From Candidatus Altimarinota bacterium (GTDB lineage Bacteria > Patescibacteriota > Gracilibacteria > 1-14-2-50-48-13), in NCBI GenBank assembly GCA_046314355.1, contig JBKBWQ010000001.1, positions 32,001 to 96,000 on the forward strand: a stretch of 64,000 bases of DNA, given 5' to 3'. This document shows positions 47,859-56,622 of this stretch, one piece after another. Both the position numbers and the translations under genes were made by a program. Every line of letters begins with the position of its first letter. The stretch's first letter is position 1. The notes under the pieces were generated by a model. It was given only the letters and a program-made list of their open reading frames with translations. It had not been told where the DNA came from and searched no databases.

Positions 47859-49373
47859 TTAAGCGTTATGAAAAAATGATTCGAGAGCTTTTTTCAAAGC
47901 TGCCTTTATCTCGTCTGTATATTCTTTTTTAGTTTCCATCTCTTCGGTAAGTGCTTTATGTTCCATTTCCATATAGGAGAGCAGATCCTGTATCTTTCTA
48001 GTACAATCTTCAGGTGCAACTGCATCTAGATATCCATCTGTAGAAGCAAGTAGAATAGTAACTTCCTGCCACAATGCATATGGAGAATTCTGCTTCTGTT
48101 TCATCGCTTCCACTACTCGTCTTCCTCGTACAAGCTGAGACTTTGTAGATTCATCTAGTTCTGATGCAAACTGTGAGAATGCCTCTAGTTCATAATACTG
48201 CGCAAGGTTCAATTTTGCTGTACCTGCTACTTTTTTCATGATCTTTGTCTGAGCTGATCCACCTACTCGCGATACAGAGATACCTACATTGATCGCAGGT
48301 CTGATACCTTTGTAAAAGAGATCTGCCTCAAGAAATATCTGTCCGTCTGTAATAGAAATTACATTCGTCGGAATATATGCTGATACATCTCCAGCCTGAG
48401 TTTCAATGATTGGAAGGGCAGTTATACTACCTCCTCCATGCTCATCGTTCATCTTTGCAGCTCTCTCAAGGAGTCGGCTATGAAGATAAAATACATCTCC
48501 AGGATATGCTTCTCGACCCGGTGGTCTTCGAAGTAGGAGAGACATTTCTCTGTATGCAACTGCATGTTTTGAAAGATCATCAAAGACAACGAGTACATCT
48601 TTTCCCTGATCCATAAAGTATTCAGCAATGGCCATACCTGCAGCAGGAGCAAGATATTGAAGTACTGCAGAAGATGCAGCTGATGCAGAAACAATAGTCG
48701 TATATTCTAGTGCTCCCTTTGATTTGAGAGTCTCATAGACCTGGGCAGTCTTAGATTCTCTCTGGGCGATGGCAACATAAATACAGATCATATTCTGACC
48801 TTTCTGATTGAGAATTGTATCTATTGCTACAGCGGTTTTTCCTGTCTGTCGGTCACCAATGATAAGTTCTCTCTGACCTCGTCCCACTGGGATAAGTGAA
48901 TCAATGGCAAGTATTCCGGTCTGGACCGGCTGATGTACTGATTTTCGTGAGATTACTCCTGGTGCTATTTTTTCAATTGGCATACTAGTTTTTGCCATTG
49001 CAAGTTCTTTACCATCAAGAGCTTTACCTAATGGATTCACCACTCGACCTATAACTTTTTCATCTACAGGAATACTCAGTGTATGACCGTTTGAGGTAAT
49101 AAACATTCCTTCTTTAATCTCTGTACTATTCTGAAGAACTACAGCAAAGGCAGCATCTTTTTCAAGATTGAGCACAAGTGCCTGAATATCAGTACCTTCA
49201 ATGGTAACCACTTCATTCATCTGAAGGTCGTATAGGCCCTTGATGTGGATAACTCCGTCTTTGTAGGACTCTATGACGCCCTGTCTTTTTTTCTCGGTAT
49301 TCTGAGAAAGCGTATCATTATCAAGTGCCTCCGATATGGTTTCTAAAAATGTATGTAAGGATTTATGAACCAT
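47859..49373 (-). CDS. atpA: F-type ATP synthase alpha subunit
   Basis: [41 protein letters not shown]. Confidence 0.98.
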   Translation of the reverse strand: MVHKSLHTFLETISEALDNDTLSQNTEKKRQGVIESYKDGVIHIKGLYDLQMNEVVTIEGTDIQALVLNLEKDAAFAVVLQNSTEIKEGMFITSNGHTLSIPVDEKVIGRVVNPLGKALDGKELAMAKTSMPIEKIAPGVISRKSVHQPVQTGILAIDSLIPVGRGQRELIIGDRQTGKTAVAIDTILNQKGQNMICIYVAIAQRESKTAQVYETLKSKGALEYTTIVSASAASSAVLQYLAPAAGMAIAEYFMDQGKDVLVVFDDLSKHAVAYREMSLLLRRPPGREAYPGDVFYLHSRLLERAAKMNDEHGGGSITALPIIETQAGDVSAYIPTNVISITDGQIFLEADLFYKGIRPAINVGISVSRVGGSAQTKIMKKVAGTAKLNLAQYYELEAFSQFASELDESTKSQLVRGRRVVEAMKQKQNSPYALWQEVTILLASTDGYLDAVAPEDCTRKIQDLLSYMEMEHKALTEEMETKKEYTDEIKAALKKALESFFHNA

Positions 49374-49376
49374 AAC

Positions 49377-50009
49377 TTAAGCTTGTTTGTAAAGTAAGTG
49401 TGAAAGATTCATTACTCGTCCGTACCAAGAGTGATCTTCTGTGCGGCCGTCTACGAGTATACGCATTCCTCCGATGAGTTTTTTGTTCACTGCAAAGGTT
49501 GGAAAAGCATAGGTATACTTTGAGAGCATATTTTCCCGTATTTCGTGTTTATCTTTATATGTGAGATGTGTAGGTGTCTGTACGACAATATACGGTACTT
49601 TCGTATATATTCCTATAAATTTTGATACTGCCTGTGAGATTTCCTGTTCTGATCTGAGATGTATGATCTCTTTCACTGAAGCACTTATGGCGCTATCAGT
49701 TGTCGATTCCTTAAAATCATGTAATACAGAGGGGAGATCCTGCACAAGAAATGAGAAAAATGTTTTCAAAAGAGAATTCTGCTTACTATCTTCATTTGGA
49801 GAGAGTAGAGAATGTAGAAAGTTTTTTAAGTCATTCATAAAATCTTCTTCTGACACTGCGAGCAGATATGAGCTTAATGCAGGATAAAGACTAAAATCTT
49901 TTTCGAGCAAAGCTTTTTTCTCTTCAGCAGCAGCTGGAAAAAAATCAGGATTCTTCCTTAGAAAAAGACAGATATCTTTTATGACTGATTGTGCCAAGGC
50001 ATGTACCAT
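49377..50009 (-). CDS. atpH: ATP synthase delta subunit (atypical N-terminus)
   Basis: Position between atpF and atpA; C-terminal VNKKLIGGMRILVD...D.S OSCP motif; start placed at ATG 50009. Confidence 0.7.
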   Translation of the reverse strand: MVHALAQSVIKDICLFLRKNPDFFPAAAEEKKALLEKDFSLYPALSSYLLAVSEEDFMNDLKNFLHSLLSPNEDSKQNSLLKTFFSFLVQDLPSVLHDFKESTTDSAISASVKEIIHLRSEQEISQAVSKFIGIYTKVPYIVVQTPTHLTYKDKHEIRENMLSKYTYAFPTFAVNKKLIGGMRILVDGRTEDHSWYGRVMNLSHLLYKQA

Positions 50010-50026
50010 TGTGTATAAAAGAATCT

Positions 50027-50524
50027 TTAAGATGTATACTCTTTCCAAGCGTCCTTCACACTACTCTCCACTACATCAGCAGGAACCTTGTTCTGCAGAA
50101 CGTAAAATATTACTTTCTGCATAGTTTTAATAGTTTCCTCTTCCGCAGCTTTAAGAATAGTATGTTTTTCCTCTTCTATCTGAGCTCTTGCTTCAGATAG
50201 AAGTCTTTCTCTTTCTGTTTCCATTTCAGCGAGAAGTGCATTGTGCTTCTCTGTAAAGGAAACCTGCACCTGTTCCGCCTGGATACGGATTTTTTCAGTT
50301 GCTTCTTCTTTTTCTCTTCTCATCTCTTCAAGTTTCTTTTGAAACTCAGATTTGAGTAGGTCGGCCTCATTAATGTTGCCGACTATCAAATTTTTTCTTT
50401 CATCAAGAAACTTTAAAAGAGGCTTGTATAAAAGCCAAGTAAGCAGTACCAACAGGACGCCTATATTGAGCAGATAAAGCCCAATACTGACAAAATCTAT
50501 TCCTAATTTGGAAAGTGCTTCCAT
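50027..50524 (-). CDS. atpF: F-type ATP synthase b subunit
   Basis: N-terminal TM, LYKPL..FLDERK, coiled coil. Confidence 0.9.
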   Translation of the reverse strand: MEALSKLGIDFVSIGLYLLNIGVLLVLLTWLLYKPLLKFLDERKNLIVGNINEADLLKSEFQKKLEEMRREKEEATEKIRIQAEQVQVSFTEKHNALLAEMETERERLLSEARAQIEEEKHTILKAAEEETIKTMQKVIFYVLQNKVPADVVESSVKDAWKEYTS

Positions 50525-50528
50525 TTAA

Positions 50529-50798
50529 TTATTTAACAAAGAAGATAATAAGTGACAGTACGAGAGCGAAAATTGCCGTAGACTCACAGAGAGCCATCGC
50601 AACAATCATTTTTGGAAAGATGCTGTCAGCAGCCTCAGGGTTTCGTCCCATAGCTTCCATAGCTTTTGATGCAATCCATCCTTCAGCGATAGCCGGTGCA
50701 ACTACACCTATTGAGATTGTCATTCCTGTTGTAACGATTCGAACTGCGTCAAGATTACTTGCGATACCTGCTACTGCACTTGTAGTTTCTACTACCAT
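50529..50798 (-). CDS. atpE: F-type ATP synthase c subunit
   Basis: Helical hairpin with RNPE loop and essential Glu in ESTAIF. Confidence 0.95.
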   Translation of the reverse strand: MVVETTSAVAGIASNLDAVRIVTTGMTISIGVVAPAIAEGWIASKAMEAMGRNPEAADSIFPKMIVAMALCESTAIFALVLSLIIFFVK

Positions 50799-50836
50799 AG
50801 GATAATAAATTATGAGTAAATATATTTATAACTATC

Positions 50837-51640
50837 TTAATGACTTGAGTGATGTGCTGCCTGTACTGTCTGAGCCATAAATAATATGGATAAGAAGGTA
50901 AAGACAAATGCTTGTATGAGCCCTACAAATATTCCTAGAGCTAGGAACGGCATAGGAAGAATAAACCATGTGAACGGTGCCATGATGGATGCAATAACGG
51001 CTACCATCATTTCTCCCGCAAAAATGTTTCCAAATAAACGGGCAGAGAGGGATACTGGACGTGCAAATTCTCCAATAATTTCCATAATTCCTATAAAGAA
51101 ATTAATGAAGGCGTTCATGATATCTCCAAAGCTTCGCGCTTTCCAGAATCCTTCAACTCTGATAAAAGCACCGATATGTTTGATCGGATGAATCGTGAGA
51201 GCAATAATATGTGCTCCAACTACAGTGATAAGACCTAGTGCCAGAGTCTGACTCCAGTCTGACGTGGAGACTCTAAATAGTGGGAACGTATGTCCGTCAC
51301 TATTTACAAAGGTACTATTGATAAGCGGGATGATGAAGAAAAGATTTGCCATCAAAAGGTACAAAAAGTACGTCATGATAAGTGGCAGAAATTTTCTAGC
51401 TCGCTCCTCAGATCCATATGCATCCTTCAATGTCCCTAAGAAGAAGTTCACAAGCAACTCAAGCACAATCTGGATTCTGCTTGGGATAACTGCAAAGTTT
51501 CTTCTGATAATGAGAGCCACAATTACAAGCAACACAGTCACAGTAAAAGATGCCAACACGCTGTTAGTGATGTGCAAAAAACCAAAATCAAATACGATAT
51601 TTGAAGGCAGTTCAGGTCTGTGAAAGGGATTATTTGTCAT
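50837..51640 (-). CDS. atpB: F-type ATP synthase a subunit
   Basis: SLSARLFGNIFAGE (essential Arg); IQAFVF.FL. Confidence 0.95.
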   Translation of the reverse strand: MTNNPFHRPELPSNIVFDFGFLHITNSVLASFTVTVLLVIVALIIRRNFAVIPSRIQIVLELLVNFFLGTLKDAYGSEERARKFLPLIMTYFLYLLMANLFFIIPLINSTFVNSDGHTFPLFRVSTSDWSQTLALGLITVVGAHIIALTIHPIKHIGAFIRVEGFWKARSFGDIMNAFINFFIGIMEIIGEFARPVSLSARLFGNIFAGEMMVAVIASIMAPFTWFILPMPFLALGIFVGLIQAFVFTFLSILFMAQTVQAAHHSSH

Positions 51641-51890
51641 TGCTGCGTGTCATGGATGTGAATGTGATGTAGACCATGTACATTGAGAGTACAAAAGCAA
51701 GAATTATACCAGTAGCTAACCCAAGAGGTGCTATCTTGAAGTGTTTATCCACGAGATATCCTCCACTAGCTAAAATAGCAAGCGGAATCAAGGTAAGCAA
51801 AATCACCCTGTAAGTTATCTCAAAATGATTTTGAAATATCAAGGCTGGTAGAGATCTTTTTTTTGGATCAGAATCAGTCGTGGGCATCAC
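51630..51890 (-). CDS. AtpZ/AtpI-like small membrane protein
   Basis: First gene of the operon; GGYLVDKHF...P..L..G pattern; GTG start. Confidence 0.7.
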   Translation of the reverse strand: MMPTTDSDPKKRSLPALIFQNHFEITYRVILLTLIPLAILASGGYLVDKHFKIAPLGLATGIILAFVLSMYMVYITFTSMTRSNDK

Positions 51891-52226
51891 TATATGTTAT
51901 CTAGACCCTATTAAACTATAGAGGATCGATCTCTATTGGGTCATGGGATTTGTAACGTGTTTTGGAGGAAAAAGCAAGTGCTATAAATGAAATCTGTCCT
52001 GGCACTATTTTAAATATTATCAAAAAACCTATTGTGATGGCTTTAGCACTTCTGAAAAGCTTTTTTTGATTTATTTGATATTTATGGTGTGAAATTGCTT
52101 TACAAGAATAAAAATTTAGGTAGATTAACTACCTATCATTCAATTTGTCGAGATTGGAATGATGGGAGATTTTTGAAAATAAGATCAGTTTATAAAAAGT
52201 ATTATGCGTGAAAAGGAGGATTTATC

Positions 52227-53543
52227 ATGCTGTCATATATAGCTTTCTTATTAATATTAATTTTAATTGCTCAATTTCATGATCAAAAGAAACAAATAAA
52301 TATTGTTTTTGTTGGATTCATTATTGAAACAATACTATTTATATTTTTTAAGGGTATGCATGCATGGATTCATCATTTTGGTGAATACAGTAGATACATG
52401 TTATTTATTAATCTAGCTCTGTTACTCCCTGGCTTTGGAGTCTTAGCACATTATTTTGAAGAAAGTGGTGTTGCAAAAAGGATTGCAAAGTTTGTGACCA
52501 GTGATGGTCAGCTTTTGTGGATTGTATTTGGGTTATCTATATTGTTAGATAACATTGCAGCAGCCTTAATTGGATGTGTATTCTTGAAAGCGCGTTACGG
52601 TCAACCACCTTTTAAATTGTTGGTTGGCTGTATTGGAGCATCAAATTTAGGAGGAGCTGCAAGCTTTATAGGCGACACAACAACTGTAATGCTGTATCTC
52701 TCCGGAGTCTCACCGCTTGTCCTTTCAAAGGCATTTGCAGCAAGTATTCCGGCTCAATGGCTCTTAGTGAAATATGTTTCAAAACATGAAGCACAACCAA
52801 TTAAATTGAGCAGGAAAGAACCAACTCCTTTAAAGGTAAGAAACTTCGCACCTTTACTAGGCATTCCAGGTTTAATTCTCGGCAATCAATTTCATGACCA
52901 AGCTGGTCTAGGATTAATTGTCGGTATTACACTAGGTTTAGTATTAGCAAAAGTAAGAATCTCTAAAAAACTTATTCTTGATGCTGTACCGTCTACAGTA
53001 TTTCTTTTACTATTAGTAGCCTCAGCTGAATCTGTTCCTTTGGAACCAATTAAGGCATTAATGGTAGGAAAAAATACAAATGCTGTCGCAATAATAACTG
53101 GAATATTATCAAGTTTCTTTGATAATATTCCACTGACTGCACTATGTATTGCTCTTAAGGACTTTGACTGGTCCTTGTTGGCATATTGTGTAGGATATGG
53201 TGGCTCTATGATGTGGTTTGGCTCAAGTACAGGGATTGCTGTAGTCAAAGAATTCAGAGAAGTTGGAAACACTAAAAAATGGATTAAACCATTTTTTGTA
53301 TTACTAGGAATTTATTTCTCAGGGGTACTCTCATATCTTCTAATATGGCATGGAATTATTCCGACTTTGGAAGGATTCTTCCAGGTTGTTGTGGGGAGTA
53401 TGATTTTATTAAGTGTGGTAAGTGTGGCATTTGCAGGAATACTCTATATACAGTTTAGACTTGCAAAAGCTGGGAAAAGATATTTTCCAGGAAATAAAAT
53501 TTTTCGTAGCTGGTTAGCCGAATTAAAAGCTGACTGGCATTAA
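52227..53543 (+). CDS. NhaD/IT-superfamily Na+/H+ antiporter-like transporter
   Basis: S.LLDNIAAALIG, SN.GGA.S.IGDTTT.M, S.FFDNIPLT, YCVGYGGSMMWFGSS.G. Confidence 0.75.
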   Translation: MLSYIAFLLILILIAQFHDQKKQINIVFVGFIIETILFIFFKGMHAWIHHFGEYSRYMLFINLALLLPGFGVLAHYFEESGVAKRIAKFVTSDGQLLWIVFGLSILLDNIAAALIGCVFLKARYGQPPFKLLVGCIGASNLGGAASFIGDTTTVMLYLSGVSPLVLSKAFAASIPAQWLLVKYVSKHEAQPIKLSRKEPTPLKVRNFAPLLGIPGLILGNQFHDQAGLGLIVGITLGLVLAKVRISKKLILDAVPSTVFLLLLVASAESVPLEPIKALMVGKNTNAVAIITGILSSFFDNIPLTALCIALKDFDWSLLAYCVGYGGSMMWFGSSTGIAVVKEFREVGNTKKWIKPFFVLLGIYFSGVLSYLLIWHGIIPTLEGFFQVVVGSMILLSVVSVAFAGILYIQFRLAKAGKRYFPGNKIFRSWLAELKADWH

Positions 53544-53556
53544 AACTGATCTTATT

Positions 53557-53590
53557 AAAAACCCCTGAATCAAAATAATTCAGGGGTTTT
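53557..53590. terminator. Bidirectional terminator
   Basis: AAAAACCCCTGAAT...ATTCAGGGGTTTT between the convergent antiporter genes. Confidence 0.75.
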
Positions 53591-53598
53591 CTTTTTGA

Positions 53599-55365
53599 TT
53601 AATCCAAAAACCTTATCGGTATATTCATCGTCTTGAAATGCTCAAGTCTAAAGTCCAATACTCTTCGCCCTACAAAGATCACAGATAACTTCTTCTCCTC
53701 GTTGGAAAGTTTGGCAACGTTCTCTTCGAGCAGTCCTCTGTGATGTACGATGGAGAGGTTTACCTGAGGGAGTCCTTCATTGTGATTTTTTGCATTATAA
53801 TCTGCTGCTGCTACTGTTGCGTTCTTTGTGATCTCATTTGCTTTCTCCTGGGTATACTTGTCCTCCATACAATTGAGTATAAGAAGCTCATGAATATTGT
53901 GCTTCATACACCATTCCATAGCAACGGGGAGTCTTCTTTCATATGAATTACCACGGGTAGCTAGTACTGCGCTTTGCTTCTTCAGTACTACTTCATCCTC
54001 ATCATTATTTTCAATTTTATCAGCTACACCAAGTACCTTCGCTACAAGCGGAGTAAGAGGCGGCTGAATGATAAGGGTACAAAGGATCACCCACATACCG
54101 ATAGGAAGTAATCCCTCGATACCAGTAATACCGCTACTCACTACAGTTACGAGGAGTACAGCAGGGATCGCTCCTGTCTCACGTACAAATGAGATGAATA
54201 CAAGGTCCTTCCATTTTAACTCTTCGTTTTTAAAGAGCTTAAATGGAGCAAGACTTACGAATACTGCAATAGGTCTAATAATGAACATGAATATAAATGC
54301 AGCTACTAGACCGATTCCGGCATAGGAAATCATCGCTGCAGGATCTACGAGAGCTCCTAACAATAGAAAGATAAATGGCTTTAGGAAACCATCGATTGTT
54401 CTATTAAAGAAATGTTCTGTTTCCTTTAAATGTTCCGAAAGAATAAGTAGAAGTCCCGCAATGAACGCTGCAAGATATCCAGATCCACCGAAAAGAAGTG
54501 CTACTGTAAATACAATAATCGGAATGAAAAGAAAGAAAGCTGCATCTGCTTCGTTCTCAGATCCCTGTTTTTTCTTGAATTTTACAAAAAGCTCTAAAAG
54601 TCCCCATCCGAAAATACCGAAAATAACTCCGAATAAAATCTGCATTCCTAGAATACTCGCCGTCTCTCTAGAGAAGAGTAGACCAAAGTTTGCAAGCATA
54701 TCTGTCTGGAAAACAACTCCAGTACTTGCCATTGTAAGAAACGCAATAGTCAGGAGTGTGCCTGTTACGTCTGTCATCGCGCTCTCTGAGATAATGATAT
54801 CCTTTGTATCTCTATTCTTGAAACGAAGAACTTTAAGCACCGGAATGATTGCAGCAGGATCAGTTGAAGCAAGTATTGCTCCAAGTAATACTACTGTTAC
54901 TGCTGTAAGCGGAGACCCAAGCAATCCTGATATGGGAAGTAAGCTTCCTGAAAATAGAAGTGCCGTGAGTCCAAGTCCAATGAAAGAAAGTGAGAGAATT
55001 TTCCAAAACAGTCTTTTAAAGTTTTTGAAGGGAACCTCCAGACCTCCTCCAAAGAGGATAAGTGTAGCTCCAAGTCCCACGATAGTACTCAAAACTTCCT
55101 GATTACCCGTAATACTTCCTAAAAGCGGACGTGCTGCGATACCAAAGAATATGGCAACTACGAAAGAGGGAAGTATTGTCTGCGAAGAGACATAAATCAC
55201 CAGAGCACTAAGACTAAGCATCAATGACATCTCAAAGAAAATGAGAAGCATTTCTGCCTCACCATTATGGTGAATAAACTCATGAATAGCTGTATTCTGT
55301 TGTCCAAGGAGTACTACTAGAATAAGGGACACAGCTATGCCAAGATACGGAAGGAATTTACGCAT
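53599..55365 (-). CDS. CPA1 (NhaP-like) cation:proton antiporter with C-terminal soluble domain
   Basis: ILFGGGL, LASTDPAA, SESAMTD, SGYLAAFIAGL, IRP. Confidence 0.88.
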   Translation of the reverse strand: MRKFLPYLGIAVSLILVVLLGQQNTAIHEFIHHNGEAEMLLIFFEMSLMLSLSALVIYVSSQTILPSFVVAIFFGIAARPLLGSITGNQEVLSTIVGLGATLILFGGGLEVPFKNFKRLFWKILSLSFIGLGLTALLFSGSLLPISGLLGSPLTAVTVVLLGAILASTDPAAIIPVLKVLRFKNRDTKDIIISESAMTDVTGTLLTIAFLTMASTGVVFQTDMLANFGLLFSRETASILGMQILFGVIFGIFGWGLLELFVKFKKKQGSENEADAAFFLFIPIIVFTVALLFGGSGYLAAFIAGLLLILSEHLKETEHFFNRTIDGFLKPFIFLLLGALVDPAAMISYAGIGLVAAFIFMFIIRPIAVFVSLAPFKLFKNEELKWKDLVFISFVRETGAIPAVLLVTVVSSGITGIEGLLPIGMWVILCTLIIQPPLTPLVAKVLGVADKIENNDEDEVVLKKQSAVLATRGNSYERRLPVAMEWCMKHNIHELLILNCMEDKYTQEKANEITKNATVAAADYNAKNHNEGLPQVNLSIVHHRGLLEENVAKLSNEEKKLSVIFVGRRVLDFRLEHFKTMNIPIRFLD

Positions 55366-55429
55366 ACGAGAAGATTAAAAATAGCTAGGATATATTATGC
55401 TCTTTTTTCTTCACATCAACGGAAATTAT

Positions 55430-56608
55430 TTATTTTTTATCTAAAGCGTTAATCTCATGCATTATCTCCTGTGCCTCATCAGTATGTAGTACCCAAATAT
55501 CTGCAGTAGAGTCTTCCTTTTTTATATTAGAAGGGGCAATGTTTGCGTTATTTTTCTTTGTATCAATTACAATTCCTAATGCCTCAAGTCCAGAGATGAT
55601 TTTTTCCCTCAGGTAAAAGGATGCTTCACCGGTTCCTGCTGTAAATACAATTGCGTCGCACCCTCCCAAAGCTGCTGTATACCCTCCAATATATTTTTGA
55701 ATATGATACACATAAGATTTAATGGCATTTTGACAGAGATCATTGCCTGCATTTGCTTGCTCAATGATGATTCTCATATCAGAGATGCCGCCTGTAAGTC
55801 CTTTTAGGCCTGACTCATAGTTGAGAATATTTTCTACTTTTTCTATAGCTTCATGAAGAGTGAGATTCTCCTCCTGATGCTTTAGAAGTTCTATAACAAC
55901 CCCTGGATCCATATCTCCGCCTCGTGTACGCATGATGATTCCTTCTAGCGGAGTAAGCCCCATGGACGTATCAAGACTTTTACCGTTTTTAATTGCTGTA
56001 ATACTTGAACCACTGCCGAGATGACAAATAATAATTCTACCTGGAAGCTTTTTTTTATAAAGAATAGTGAGCTGTTTGAGAATTGACTGACATGAAAGTC
56101 CATGAAAGCCGTATTTTCTTATTCCAAAGTTATTTTCAAAAGCTTTAGGAAGCGCATAATTAGCTATGTACTCAGGTATGGAACTATGAAATGCCGTATC
56201 AAACGAAGCATAAATGGGAGTATGTGGAACTCTACGAAGAAGTTTTTCTATAATTTTTATTGCTGGCGGATTATGAAGAGGAGCAAGACTGCTGATCTTT
56301 TTTAAATTTTTGAGTACTTCCGGAGTTATTCTTGTGGTTTTCTTGAATGTAGGACCTCCATGTACTACACGTATGCCAATAGCTGCAAAATCTTTCTGAG
56401 ACACTATTATTTTCTGTTTTTTCAATGTTGAAAAAATCATTTTGAGAGGATCAAGAGCTTCCTCTTTCGTGAGACATTTTTCACTTCCCTGACAGAGGAC
56501 ACACGAGTACGGTCCTGAATGCTCAAGAGTCCCTGATAAAATCTCTTTTTTATTTGAATATACTGCAAATTTTGTACTGGAACTTCCAGGGTTAAGGACA
56601 AGTATCAT
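55430..56608 (-). CDS. ackA: Acetate kinase
   Basis: LVLNPGSSSTK, RVVHGG, APLHN, FDTAFH, YGFHGLS, DTSMGLTPLEG; start placed at ATG 56608. Confidence 0.93.
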   Translation of the reverse strand: MILVLNPGSSSTKFAVYSNKKEILSGTLEHSGPYSCVLCQGSEKCLTKEEALDPLKMIFSTLKKQKIIVSQKDFAAIGIRVVHGGPTFKKTTRITPEVLKNLKKISSLAPLHNPPAIKIIEKLLRRVPHTPIYASFDTAFHSSIPEYIANYALPKAFENNFGIRKYGFHGLSCQSILKQLTILYKKKLPGRIIICHLGSGSSITAIKNGKSLDTSMGLTPLEGIIMRTRGGDMDPGVVIELLKHQEENLTLHEAIEKVENILNYESGLKGLTGGISDMRIIIEQANAGNDLCQNAIKSYVYHIQKYIGGYTAALGGCDAIVFTAGTGEASFYLREKIISGLEALGIVIDTKKNNANIAPSNIKKEDSTADIWVLHTDEAQEIMHEINALDKK

Positions 56609-56622
56609 ATAGTGTTGTTTTA

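Noticed and set aside
54461-55102. 213-aa + strand ORF and the many other antisense ORFs in the track
   Set aside because: Shadow frames of well-supported genes on the opposite strand
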